A DNA stretch of 64,000 nt from Hormiphora californensis (taxonomy: Eukaryota > Animalia > Ctenophora): positions 930,001 to 994,000 of the forward strand of contig CM035353.1 of the NCBI GenBank assembly GCA_020137815.1, read 5' to 3'. The notes under the pieces are model-generated. The model was not told the origin of the DNA. It saw only the letters and a list, made by a program, of their open reading frames with translations, and searched no databases. The position numbers and the translations under genes are program-made. How positions within the stretch are numbered: the stretch's first letter is position 1; each line of letters opens with the position of its first letter. Below are positions 40,297 to 54,588 of this stretch, piece by piece.

Positions 40297-40352
40297 TTAT
40301 TTATTCAAGTTCGATCCAAGTTCATTTGTTTAGAAGTCAAATCAACTATCCC

Positions 40353-40505
40353 TCATTTGAAATCCAGCGGTTCAGTCTCTGCAAACAGGTTATCTTTCTC
40401 CACTTTTCGTATATTAAACTGGTAGGAAATGGCACCGAAGAGAAGAAATGTTGCCATGATTCGCCACGTTTTATTGTTTACTGGTATAGGCGAGTAACGG
40501 ACCAT
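40353..40505 (-). CDS. 50-aa single-TM microprotein, COA3-like
   Basis: MVRYSPIPVNNKTWRIMATFLLFGAISYQFNIRKVEKDNLFAETEPLDFK*. Preceded by a pyrimidine tract and AG. Below the ORF-track cutoff. Confidence 0.5.
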   Translation of the reverse strand: MVRYSPIPVNNKTWRIMATFLLFGAISYQFNIRKVEKDNLFAETEPLDFK

Positions 40506-40889
40506 ATTTTGGTACTACAGGAAGGGGGTAGGGAGTCATTGGTAAGAAAACTCAGATCTGTTAGAATGTAAACATTGTGTAGAAGAACAGTACATATAGC
40601 AGGAATTAAATAATTTTAACTTCAAAAACTTGGGCGAGATATTAACAAAATATATTTAAACATAAAATAATCTAAAACAATATATCGTGCTAGATCGAAA
40701 ATGAATGAACCTCAATGTCGTACAATATATCATCTGTTAGTCAGCTATTATTTAAATTGTAGCTCTTTATCTCTTATGAAGTGATCCACTTTGAAATAAA
40801 GTTTGAATCTGACGATATCGATATAAAGTCGGATTTTTTGAAGTTTTCGTGAGTGACAACTTCAAAAAATCAGACTGTATAATAAGGGG

Positions 40890-42661
40890 TTAGTCATCAG
40901 TCTCGGTCATTAACAAGAATTTAGTCTGCTCTTCTTTATACATCTCTCCCTTGTCATTCCACCTCAACTTAGTATACATACCACTCTGCCCTATCACAAT
41001 CACCGTCCTCTCCTCAGTTCCAAAGCAGCACAAACTCGGTAACGCACTGGGTAGTGCAAACTTGCTCACACTTCTAGACTCTCTTTTACCCTCAAGAGAG
41101 AAGATATGAAGTGTTTTTGAGTCGGATGTGACTGCAAGGAAGTTGGATCGTCTACTAAAGCTGATACAGTGAATTGTGGCTTTATTGGTACCGCGGCGTA
41201 GTTCGTATAGGAGGAGGCATGTTGTAATGTCGAATACTCTGATAAGGGTCCCTCTCTCGGAGGCAGTAGCTAACATGGTACCCTGGGGGAAGTGGTGGGG
41301 GATTTAAAATATTATATTGGTAACAATTCCCACGGTCAAAATATCAAACTAAATTGCAAATACTTCCCATCCCTATCTATAACTATGTGACACCCTCTCA
41401 CTGTGGTACTTTTAGAAATGTGGATAGGATCACATTCGGAGGATCAGGAACCCCGATTTACCAGCCAAAACCCGTTCCCCCGAGCATCCCGGTAAATCGG
41501 GGACTGTGTTTATATTGCAGGTACCTGCATGTTCAGAGAGAGTGCTCTGATGGCCCCATCATGAGCTGGTATCATTCTCATCTGGTGCTGTACTGTATCC
41601 TCCCCAATATACACCAGCGACACCTTCAGGAAACACTTGTGTAAAATGTAGCCGGAAAATATAGAGATACATTTTGCAGTGCAAAGCCTCTCAAAATGTT
41701 TCCACAGTGGTTCATAATCATTGACATTTCGGGAAAAGTGGATGATTCTGAAGCTTTGGATAATTGTGATTATAAAAATCAGATACTCAGATTATTAATT
41801 ATCAGATGTCCTCTAAAACACACATACCTGTCCCTTGTCTAGAGATGGAAAACAAAGTAAAGACGAGGTAGAACACAGCTCAGCTAGAGCCCGTGGGTTA
41901 GGTGCAGTAGAATAGCATAACAACAGGGAGGGAGATCTTTGTAGGGTGTACACCAATAACTCGTGTTCAGTCACAACTACAATTCGATCTCGCTTTAGCC
42001 GGACACCCAGGACAGGTTTAGCGACTGTGATCTTGCAGACTGTTTGGTGAATTTGATCCTCCCAGACTACCACGCTGTTACCATCCCAGGCGGGTGTGGT
42101 TCCACCACCTACTAGGGCCAGGTAACAGCACCTGAATGGGGAGGGAATCATTAAATCCGGGTTTATATCTAGCGGGCCGCCCGGAGAGGGAGAGGGAGAG
42201 GGGAGGGAGAGGGAGAGGGAGAGGGAGAGGGAGAGGGAGAGGGAGAGGGAGAGGGAGAGGGAGAGGGAGAGGGAGAGGGAGAGGGAGAGGGAGAGGGAGA
42301 GGGAGAGGGAGAGGGAGAGGGAGAGGGAGAGGGAGAGGGAGAGGGAGAGGGAGAGGGAGAGGGAGAGGGAGAGAGAGAGAGAGGGAGAGAGAGAGGGAGA
42401 GGGAGAGGGAGAGGGAGGGGGAGAGGGAGAGGGAGAGGGAGAGGGAGAGGGATCACCACGTTAGCAGATCTTGGAACAATATTCTCACCTGAACAGCATT
42501 TCCACATGTCCAACACCCTTCTGGAAATCATGGCTCTGCAGTTGTTTAACCGGATCACAGTTGAACACCCTAACACCCCTTTCGGTACCACACGCGAAAC
42601 AACTATGATCCTGGTTGAGACCTAGGTGAAGTAGTCCATCTTTTGATCCTTCTATCTTCAT
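40890..42661 (-). CDS. WDR45B: WIPI3/WDR45B PROPPIN autophagy protein
   Basis: [52 protein letters not shown] (LRRG marks the WIPI3/4 group). Four exons. Confidence 0.88.
42184..42451. repeat. (GAGGGA)n microsatellite in WDR45B intron 1
   Basis: Read directly from the sequence. Confidence 0.95.
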
Positions 42662-42861
42662 GCTGCAGCTCACATGACTATTACTTCTATAAAATTAGAG
42701 GATAAGAGTCAATGAAGAGGGGGGAAAGGGGAGGATATATAAACAAAGTTATAGATTGGAAACTGCAACAGGAAATTCTCGCAACAGTTCTCAGTTTCAT
42801 ACAAAACATCACCTCTAATGTCCGATAACAATAATAATAATTTAACCACCATATATAATGT

Positions 42862-43269
42862 TCACTCCTCAGCAGCAGCAGGAGCAGCACCCTTGTCCTT
42901 TCTAAAATATTCGATAGTACGGTACTTAGTGGAGCTCCAAATGGGTGCTCCCTCCACATCCTCCACTCCCCTGATTGGCCGGACCGTGTTATCGGTGAAA
43001 CCTTGCGAGTAGACCGTTTGGAAGTTAGATCTCATCGGTAGACCCTTCTTGATGTGCTCATCATATACCGCTGGCGGGTCAGTTAGGGGGTAGAACTGGA
43101 CACCTCCCATATCGTGATCTCGAGCGTACCGACTTTTCTCTGTGTAAAAGTCGTGAAGATAGAGAATGTAGGCGCTAGCTGAGAGACCAACTGCGAAGCA
43201 TTTCCATCGTGCTGGTAGTGGGTAATGAGAGTACTTCATACCCGCACGGGGTTTAAATTGGGATGCCAT
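42862..43269 (-). CDS. 135-aa protein with one TM segment, possibly mitochondrial
   Basis: Single-exon ATG ORF with natural composition, hydrophobic WKCFAVGLSASAYILYL, and an acceptor-like AG one nt before the ATG. Confidence 0.65.
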   Translation of the reverse strand: MASQFKPRAGMKYSHYPLPARWKCFAVGLSASAYILYLHDFYTEKSRYARDHDMGGVQFYPLTDPPAVYDEHIKKGLPMRSNFQTVYSQGFTDNTVRPIRGVEDVEGAPIWSSTKYRTIEYFRKDKGAAPAAAEE

Positions 43270-43937
43270 TCTATTATCAGGGGGAAAATGTGAAGTGTAA
43301 TAAAATAATATACAATCAAACTGTCTCTTGAGTACTGCTGTGATTCGTCTACAATTTAGACTTTACAGTCCGCCACGAGGATCCCCCAGAAATACAGCAC
43401 GTGATGGGCCAGACTGAGTTTTGACCAATCACAGGGTTACCGGTTGCGAGTCCGTGCTGGAGCTGTTCTGTGCAGGACAGAACTTCTGTGCAACAATTGG
43501 TGATTGGTCAATGCTGCACTCGACCTACCCGTTCAGAGGTTGCTCAACGTTACAGACCCCACACTTTTTAATATGGGATAAGACAGTGCTTTTCAGGGCA
43601 ATGCTTTTTAAATCTCTCTTTTCCAAACCTTGATGGGCGCCAAAAAAGTACCCTGCAAAATGGCTCCAAACCACTCAACCGTTTTGGCTGATCTAAAGTT
43701 TATCTGATAGGAAATTCCAACCCAAACCTCAGCCCTAACCCTAGCCCAGCTTAAACATTAAACAATAAACCCTAAAAAAGTGAGTGCTGACACTCCAAGC
43801 AACCAGCTTTTATTGGCCTATGCTACAGGCCCTAAAGAAGGCCCTAAAGAAGGCCCTAAAGAAGCCGTGGAAAACGCGCGCACTTGGGGTCTGCAGCGCA
43901 TGCCAACAGCTTTTAACGCCGGCCAACTTCGCGAAGA

Positions 43938-46926
43938 AGGAACCATAATAAAGTTCAAGAGCCTCCAAGAGCACCCAAGAGCGCACCCCATCGAAGAGAG
44001 ACCACACCTGAGAGCGCACCCTATCGAAGAGAGACCACACCTGAGAGCGCACCACACCCAAAAGAGACCACAACCAAGAGCGTACCACATCCAGAAGAGA
44101 CCACTCCAAGAGCGCACCACATCAAAGAGAGCTCCCCATCCAGAAGATACCACGCGCAGGGGACACCACGCGCAGAAGAGACCAGCGCGGCGTTGTATTT
44201 GCGCGTGCGGCCTCTTCTGCGCGTGGTATCCCTTGCGCGCGGTCTCTTCTGGATGGGGTGCTCTCCTGGTCCTGGTGTGTGTGTGTGTGTGTGTGTGTTT
44301 TGCACCGCCCGTCATTCCTCCCACTTTACTGCCCCACAATGGTCGGCAGACAACCTATATTAATATCACTCTTCGCCACCGTCCCCCACACGTAGGGATA
44401 ATGTTGATGTTGTTCCGGTTTGGGTCCTGGTATTTTGTTGAGCAAGCTCAACATTTCCCTCGAACCTTCGCCGGCATCACAAGAAGAGTATTTGATACAG
44501 TGAATCTAATATTAGACTGACATACCTATATTGTCAGGACAATGGATGGAATTTACCTGTCTCACAGACTGGTCTTTGGTTACTACTGCTCCAGGGAGCT
44601 GTAGAGGTAGGTGGGTTGCCGGATATGACAATACCGTGGGTTCACCATCTAATCGGTGACGGCTGAAATATCTTATCACACCTCAGGTCTTTGGTCAAAA
44701 CCGCTAGCAGTACTTATCAGCATGCAACCTGGGGGTCCGGACAGCTAATTTCTTAGCAAGCACAGATAAGCATGAAAAACGCTTATGTAAACTTCTGGTG
44801 AGCATTTGGCAAATTATCAGCTCCCAGGGGTTGCACTATTGCGGGGTAATTACTTGCCATACGGCGGAGGTGGCCCTTTGTTATGGCCCAGAACTGCCCT
44901 ACCTTAATAGTGGGACCCTTATGATGTGGTTTTGTGGAATTCCCCGGCCGTAGCGATTCTTGCCCTGTGGTTTGCTACTTCTTTCAGATCGGGATGGTTG
45001 GGGATGGTTTATTCGAATAGGTTACTTCTGTATACTAATTTGGAGAATTTGTGCAGATCCAGTGTGTTGCTGGGAGTGAGAATGTTGTTGATGATATCTT
45101 GGTAGTCGAGTTTGTATCGTAGCTCATCTAGGTCTGGGCAGTGGAGGAGCTGCAAAGGTAGTATGTGGCAAAAATTTGGGCAGAGGTTCCCCAGGGGAAT
45201 AACCCTTATTTTTGCGAGAGAAGGTAACCTCCGTCCGACCAATATGGGATGTTGGACAGGAGGGCTGTTTTAAAGGCTACAGCTGCCGGGTGATTACAAA
45301 TCATGGGTTGCCATAATTGAGGGAGGCTAGTTCTCTGGCGTAGAATTTACCCCCATAATTAAATGGGAGACAGCCGAAGGGTCATCAGGCATGCCTAGTA
45401 GGCAGAGGCCCTCGGTGATTACAAATCATGGGTTGCCATGTGTAACAAGGTTACTGGCTGGGGTGAGATTATCAGTTCAACCGGGATCCCCTCTAAGACT
45501 CAGCCCGACGACCGACCGACAAACGATCGATCAACGACTGATATCAATCGTCAACCAACCGCTCATCAATCGACCGCCGAACCAAATCCCAGCAGGGACC
45601 AGCCGCACTGCAAGAGCTCGGTGCCATAGTTGAGTTCGGCAAGGTCTCTGGCAAAGTTTACTCCCCAAGATTGGGGAGAGAGCCGGTGTGATTTGACCGT
45701 GATCACTGGACCATCAGCCAACCAGGTCCACGGCGGGGTAATTACTTGCCATACGGCGGAGGTGGCCATTTGTTTGGCCCAGACCTGCCCTACCACTTTT
45801 GGGTCCCTTATTGCGTTGTTATAGAAGAAAAATCCCCCATAAGTAGCGTTGCCCTATAGTTTGCCACTTGTTCCAGGTCGGGATAGTTAGGGATGGTTTA
45901 ATCGAATAGGTTACTTTTGGCTATTAGTTTGGAGAATTTTACCAAATCAAGTGTGTTGCTTGATCTGTTTGTTAGTGAGGAGGATTGTTCTAGATATATT
46001 GCAAAGGTAGTATGTGGCAAAAATTTGGGCAGAGGTTCCCCAGGGGAAAAACCCCTATTTTTGCGAGAGAAGGTAACCTCCGTCCGACCAATATGGGATG
46101 TTGGACAGGAGGGCTGTTTTAAAGGCTACAGCTGCCGGGTGATTACAAATCATGGGTTGCCATAATTGAGGGAGGCTAGTTCTCTGGCGTAGAATTTACC
46201 CCCATAATTAAATGGGAGACAGCCGAAGGGTCAACAGGCATGCCTAGTAGGCAGAGGCCCTCGGTGATTACAAATCATGGGTTGCCATGTGTAACAATGT
46301 TACTGGCTGGGGTGAGATTATCAGTTCAACCGGGATCCTCACTAAGATTCAGCCCGACGACCGACCGACAAACGATCGATCAACGACTGATATCAATCGT
46401 CAACCAACCGCTCATCAATCGACCGCCGAACCAAATCCCAGCAGGGACCAGCCGCACTGCAAGAGCTCGGTGCCATAGTTGAGTTCGGCAAGGTCTCTGG
46501 CAAAGTTTACTCCCCAAGATTGGGGAGAGAGCCGGTGTGATTTGACCGTAATCACTGGACCATCAGCCAACCAGGTCCACGGCAACGGGACTGAGCTCGA
46601 AGAACTCAGCTGGCACGAAGAACCTGAGTTCCCCCCGCTGAGGTCCTGGTGTGCTCTTGGACCTGGTGCGCTCTTGGAGGCTCTTGAACTTTAAAGTCGG
46701 ATTTTTTGAAACTGTCACCCCCCTGAAATAACAAATTTGTCATATCTCCGGTTCCTGATAAGATAGAGACTTGAAATTTGGAGGTTCGGAAGAACTTAGC
46801 AAGATCTTTATAACCTCCAAATTTCAAGTCTCTATCTCATCAGGAACCGGACTTATGGTCATTTAAAGAAATTTGAAAACTCAGGGGGGTGACAGTTTCA
46901 AAAAATCCGACTTTATTATGGTTCCT
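43938..46926. mobile_element. ~3-kb composite element bounded by aggaaccataataaagttcaagagc TIRs, with an internal ~850-bp tandem duplication
   Basis: Same TIR as the 25514-25895 MITE. The right TIR is split by the 46694-46913 MITE at a TA. 45151-45731 is nearly identical to 46000-46580. Confidence 0.7.
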
Positions 46927-47392
46927 TATCATCTAAAAAAATGCGATTATGAAATTTTGAATTTTTTTGCGCGCATTGATTTATTAACTGCTGCGCTCAA
47001 TAAAGCATCGATCTCCTTAGTTATCGACGCGCTACATTCAACCCCCTCTGCTTAAACAAGGTGTTGACACTGACACTAACAGACGAAACCCTTTTTGGTA
47101 TTACCCTTTGTTCTATGGGTAATGGAAACCAAATTACAGGCAAACGCCCAGAACATATCTGACAAAAATCGATAAAAACACGCTCTCTCACACACTGCAT
47201 GTGCTAGTGAATCAGTATTTTGTGAATAATACTTTTACTCTCTCTCTCTCTCACTCTCCGTTACTGTTTCATTTTTCCATCTTCATCCACTCACTCTAGC
47301 TCTCATTTTCTTTTGGTTAACCAGTTAAAAAATAAAAAACGGATTCCTCGACAGTCTCTTTTAGCACACACTTTCTCTCGCTCCCTGTTGGT

Positions 47393-50300
47393 TTATTTGA
47401 CTTTATGAGATTTCCTCTCCCTACTCGCATCTCCTATTCTATCTTTCTTCCTTTCCTTGGACTTCTCCAGCTGACGGATTTTCTCCTGAATTCGCTTCTG
47501 GTCTTGCATTCGCTTCTTGTCCTCGTGTCTTTTACGTCTCGCCTCAGCAGCCTGGAAAAAGGGGAAAGAATATATAATATTGATTGGACAGTACAGTGCG
47601 GGAACCCTGATTTTATTGTCTTGCTAGACCCTCCATCTTACTGCACTGTAAAGGAGGGTCAGAACATAATATTCGAGCAACAAGGGTGGCAACCCGCTAA
47701 ATAAAAGGGAGGGGATAATATAGATAAACCATCCCTCCGAAGAGAGCGGGGTTTATCAAAAGTCAGGGCGGGAGGGGGAATTATCTACAGCGTGGGGGTT
47801 ATAAACAGCGATTTTACTACCGGAATCAAACAGGTGGCTGTGAAAATAATATCAAATCGTGGCACTTACATGGCCAGGATACATGGTGTGTAACAGGGAA
47901 TGCCAAATGTTAGCACGGGGACGACCCGAAAAAGTGATTTATAATTACCTCACTATCGGTGGAACTGTCATCATGAGAAGATACAGAAACCCGCCTTCTT
48001 GAACGATGCTTATTGTGCCTCCTGGGAGAGGTATCAGACCCTGACAGGGATCTAGATCGGTGCTTTTTACTCCTACTGTACCTAATGGGGTATGTGTTAG
48101 AGCAGTCGTAATATCACAGTAGAATTAATCTCTCCCCCACCCCTCGTTTAAACTTTAATCAGTGTGTACAAAACACTACTACTAACTACCTACCTATCAT
48201 TTTTACGCCGAGGACTGGCCGGACTATATCTTTTCCTGCTAGGACTGTGTTTTCTCCTCCCATTCTTGTATCCCATCCGATCCATTCTTCTGAGTCTTCC
48301 CACTTTCTCTACTATGATGTTCCACGGGTGAGCCATCCTTTGAGGTTTCCTTTTCAGGAACAGGAGAGTAGCTCGGGGTGGATTTAATCACTGAATCCTT
48401 TAGATCCTTCTTAGTTTTCTCATTGAAAGACTTCTTTAGCTCGTATGCTTCCTTCGCAGGCATTTATAGCACGGTCAAGTTTTGCAGTGTCCGGTCGTGG
48501 TAAAGTGTACAGAGTCATGATCGTCTCCGATATTTCAGTGCATGTCTCTTGAGAGCAGTCAAGTAGCTCATACCAGGGGGGACTCTCAGGAAGGACAACC
48601 TGAGAAAGGGTTTAACAGGTTGTAACTTTGTAAACAGCTATGAATTGTAAAATATAAATAACGTCCCAGCCTGTCCAAAACTACTTCCTACCTTTTTCAT
48701 CCTGGCAGCCAGCCAGATACAAGCACACCCAATCTGGTCAGGGGTGTATCGGAGAAACACATCAGTCTTCAGACTATCATTCATGAAGTTCCACGCCACT
48801 TGGATTAGCTCAGTATTCTGCTTCTGTTCCAGAATCAGTGCAAGAACAATAATAATAATCTTGTGGGGATATTTCACGTGCACGCAGAACCCCAGCTCCT
48901 GGAGAGAGAGAGAGAGGTTGGATGGACTGGGGGGTGAGTGGGATTGAGTGTTCCAAGCCCCTCTCTCTCTCCCTCCATCAGCCGGACGCTTTGTTACACA
49001 GAGTTACACGCGCGCGCAAAAGCGAATTGATGGCAATTGCACTTTTCCTCATCTTGTAAGGGCTATTTTGCTAGTCGCGCAGGGGATATTGCAGAATCGT
49101 CCCACCATTCTAGACACATGACGCAGAGATTTACAACAACTCTATAATACTGCTGCTGTGTATCCGGCAGCGTCATCCCCATCCGTCACTTGGTAGTGTC
49201 ACACCTGAAGATATTCCGATGAGTGTAGCTGTGTATGTGTGTAGGGTTGTGTACACAGTTCAACACACGCTGGGGACTGCTTACCGGCTAGGAGGACGGA
49301 GAGAGAGAGAGGCCTGCCCTCTGTGTATAACACTCACCGACCAGTTGAGAGGCGATTTGTAATGTCACCTCTCTGTAAGAAATAATGCGTTAAATCACAT
49401 TCTTTCAGAAAGGTTCGGGTATTTTGTAACACCCTGTATGAGTGTCATGCTTACCTTGAGAAGACGACGTTCAGCTTTGATAATATCATTCTTCATTTTG
49501 ACATAGAGAGAACCGGTAAAATCAAGGGGTACAACCGGCCTGAATAAAGTAGGTTAGAATGGAGGGGAGGAGACCTGGGTAACAACAACAATGGAGTGTT
49601 TAAACAAAGAGTTAGTAAGGTCCTTGGAATAAACCAAATTATGTTGCTAAACGGTTTTCTAGTCTGTTATTTTCTTGCCTGATTAAATATATCAGATAAT
49701 TATTTTCATGATGTGTATTAATACCCCTATGATATGTTATTAACCTCCCCAATAGCAATATATTCATTCGGGAACCGACCGAATCAGGAAATACTAGTCC
49801 CTGATTGGCTGATAACCAGTCACGTGACCTAAATAACGAGTTCTGATTGGTTGTTTACTCACTTTTTCTCCTTGTGTTGTTTGTAGTGATGGAAACAGTT
49901 GATGATATCCCGTACTCTCCTAGGATGCTCTTCCACCTTAGCAGCCAAGAATACAGCCGCCATTGCCAGGTGCTGCGGGGGATTTAGGGGTGATATTAGG
50001 TGCTGCGGGGGATTTAGGGGTGATATTAGGTGCTGCGGGGGATTTAGGGGTGATATTAGGTGCTGCGGGGGGATTTAGGGGTGATATTAGGTGCTGCGGG
50101 GGGATTTAGGGGTGATATTAGGTGCTGCGGGGGAATTTAGGGGTGATATTAGGTGCTGCGGGGGGATTAAGGGGTGATATTAGGGGCTGCGGGGGGATTA
50201 AGGGTGATATTAGGTGCTGCGGGGGGATTAAGGGGTGATATTAGGTGCTGCGGGGGATTCAGGGGTGATATTAGGTGCTGCGGGGGGATTAAGGGGTGAT

Positions 50301-51421
50301 ATTAGGTGCTGCGGGGTGATTAAGGGGTGATATTAGGTGCTGCGGGGGGATTTAGGGGTGATATTAGGTGCTGCGGGGGATTGAGGGGTGATATTAGGTG
50401 CTGCGGGGGATTTAGGGGTGATATTAGGTGCTGCGGGGGGATTTAGGGGTGATATTAGGTGCTGCGGGGGATTTAGGGGTGATATTAGGTGCTGCGGGGT
50501 GATTTAGGGGTGATATTAGGTGCTGCGGGGGGGGGGTTAGTTCCGGTTAGTTGCCTTGCTATCATCTCAACGAAAGAGACACAAAGAGAGACATTATCAA
50601 TTTGATCCTTACCTCATAGTTATGTATCACCATCGACTTCACAAGATAAAACCTGTGAAACAAGATCTGGGCTGTAGCAGTGGCAACTTGGGGTAGCTGT
50701 AGGAGGACACCTGCACATTGTATCAGCTCACAGCCAACTATTCTGATGTCTCGCTCATCCTCCGCACTGATGCCATCACCCCGAGATGGTGTGTCTGAAA
50801 CCTGAAACCAAGAGGGAGAGAGGGTTAGGAGAGAGGGTTAGGAGAGGGAGAGAGGGTTAGGAGAGGGAGAGAGAGGGTTAGGAGAGGGAGAGGGGGTTAT
50901 GAAACCTGTCAAGAGGGGGGGAGAGGGGGTTAGGGAACCTGTCAAGAGGGAGAGAGGGTTAGGAGAGGGAGAGAGGGTTAGGAGAGGGAGAGAGGGTTAG
51001 GAGATGGAGAGAGGGTTAGGAGATGGAGAGAGGGTTAGGAGAGGGAGAGAGGGTTAAGAGATGGAGAGAGGGTTAGGAGATGGAGAGAGGGTTAGGAGAT
51101 GGAGAGAGGGTTAGGAGATGGAGAGAGGGTTAGGAGATGGAGAGAGGGTTAGGAGATGGAGAGAGGGTTAGGAGATGGAGAGAGGGTTAGGAGATGGAGA
51201 GAGGGTTAGGAGATGGAGAGAGGGTTAGGAGATGGAGAGAGGGTTAGGAGATGGAGAGAGGGTTAGGAGATGGAGAGAGGGTTAGGAGATGGAGAGAGGG
51301 TTAGGAGATGGAGAGAGGGTTAGGAGATGGAGAGAGGGTTAGGAGATGACTAATGAATTGTTTAGGCTAGACCTTCTTGTGGTGCAGTGGGAAAACTAGT
51401 TTAAACCTTCTGCGGACTCAT
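47393..51421 (-). CDS. CCNL1: Cyclin L (CCNL1/2 ortholog)
   Basis: [62 protein letters not shown]|[29 protein letters not shown]-rich tail. The first exon needs a one-base correction. Confidence 0.9.
49769..49858 (-). mobile_element. Family A MITE, copy 8 (fused to the donor)
   Basis: Gene strand reads aaaaa|GTGAGTaaacaaccaatcagaactcg..., with the donor at 49862. Confidence 0.85.
49968..50530 (-). repeat. ~30-bp minisatellite (about 18 units) made of the cyclin L 3' splice site
   Basis: Sense unit aatatcacccctaaatcccccgcag|cacct. The last unit continues into the exon cacctggcaatg. Confidence 0.9.
50813..51348 (-). repeat. 19-bp minisatellite (atctcCTAACcctctctcc)n filling cyclin L intron 1
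   Basis: Read directly from the sequence. Confidence 0.9.
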
Positions 51422-51761
51422 AAAATTTAAAAACATGAAGTGATCTAGGATAATTAATAAATGCCTGGTTCAACAAGATATAATATAATGTTTGTTTCCA
51501 CTTATTTCTACACGTACTATTATTTTAACACTGTACCTTTTTAGAGTTTTGCAGTATGTTATCACAAGACAAGATGATATGACCGTAGTCTGTCTTGTGC
51601 TGCCCGTCCACGAACACAGCCATCCTACAATGGGAATGTTGTTACATCATAGTGGTGGATTGATAGCACACACCGACAAAACAATAAGAATTAAATTCGT
51701 TTCAGATGATCAAAACTCAAACTTGTGTGCAAAATATAAATACAAAACATTAAAAACATGT

Positions 51762-53479
<1,718 letters not shown>

Positions 53480-53949
53480 CTGTGTGCAAATGAAAATGTT
53501 GAAGTTTACACTTTGATGGCGAAAAACTTCCTGGAAGACGAAGTGTAATTTTTGGACGTGCCCCGATAGAAAACCGGGTCGATCAAAAGACAAAAAGACT
53601 TCGAAATTTTGTAAATTATTTTAAACTTTTAAGAAAACAAAAGTACAGCCCAATTCTTTAGGCGAGGAGTAAATTTATAGCCCTGTCGGTATCATAGGAA
53701 AAGATGCAGTTTGGGGAAACAAGTTTGGGGGATCAAGTTTCAAAATTTGAAAATTTCAGGAAAGAAAAAATAAAATTTCAAACAAAATTTCATCATATCA
53801 ACACTTTATTGTATCGCGCGCGGCGCGGCACTATAAAGCAGCATAAAGTAATAGTTTACGCGCGCGGGCACTAAAATTACATAACAGGTAATATACCGAT
53901 TCGGACAAAATAGCACTAATTAGCGGTGTTAATAACGCTAATTAGCGGT

Positions 53950-54588
53950 GTACAGTACAGTACAGTACAGTACAGTACAGTACAGTACAGTACAGTACAG
54001 TACAGTACAGTACAGTACAGTACAGTACAGTACAGTACAGTACAGTACAGTACAGTACAGTACAGTACAGTACAGTACAGTACAGTACAGTACAGTACAG
54101 TACAGTACAGTACAGTACAGTACAGTACAGTACAGTACAGTACAGTACAGTACAGTACAGTACAGTACAGTACAGTACAGTACAGTACAGTACAGTACAG
54201 TACAGTACAGTACAGTACAGTACAGTACAGTACAGTACAGTACAGTACAGTACAGTACAGTACAGTACAGTACAGTACAGTACAGTACAGTACAGTACAG
54301 TACAGTACAGTACAGTACAGTACAGTACAGTACAGTACAGTACAGTACAGTACAGTACAGTACAGTACAGTACAGTACAGTACAGTACAGTACAGTACAG
54401 TACAGTACAGTACAGTACAGTACAGTACAGTACAGTACAGTACAGTACAGTACAGTACAGTACAGTACAGTACAGTACAGTACAGTACAGTACAGTACAG
54501 TACAGTACAGTACAGTACAGTACAGTACAGTACAGTACAGTACTGTACTGTACTGTACTGTACTGTACTTTACTGTACTGTACTGTAC
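53950..54588. repeat. (TACAG)n pentanucleotide array (~118 units) inverting to (CTGTA)n
   Basis: Strand switch at cagtactg, ~54538-54545. Confidence 0.95.

Noticed and set aside
42136-42591. RG-repeat and SP-repeat ORFs; also ER/SL-repeat ORFs near 12634, 19894, 57581 and 58702
   Set aside because: Translations of (GAGGGA)n and (GA)n microsatellites.
43780-44520. 246-aa ORF and similar ORFs at 25508-25934
   Set aside because: Read through internally repetitive MITE sequence, with no domain features.
49968-51348. CRISPR-like arrays
   Set aside because: No unique spacers and no cas genes; these are intronic minisatellites in a eukaryotic gene.
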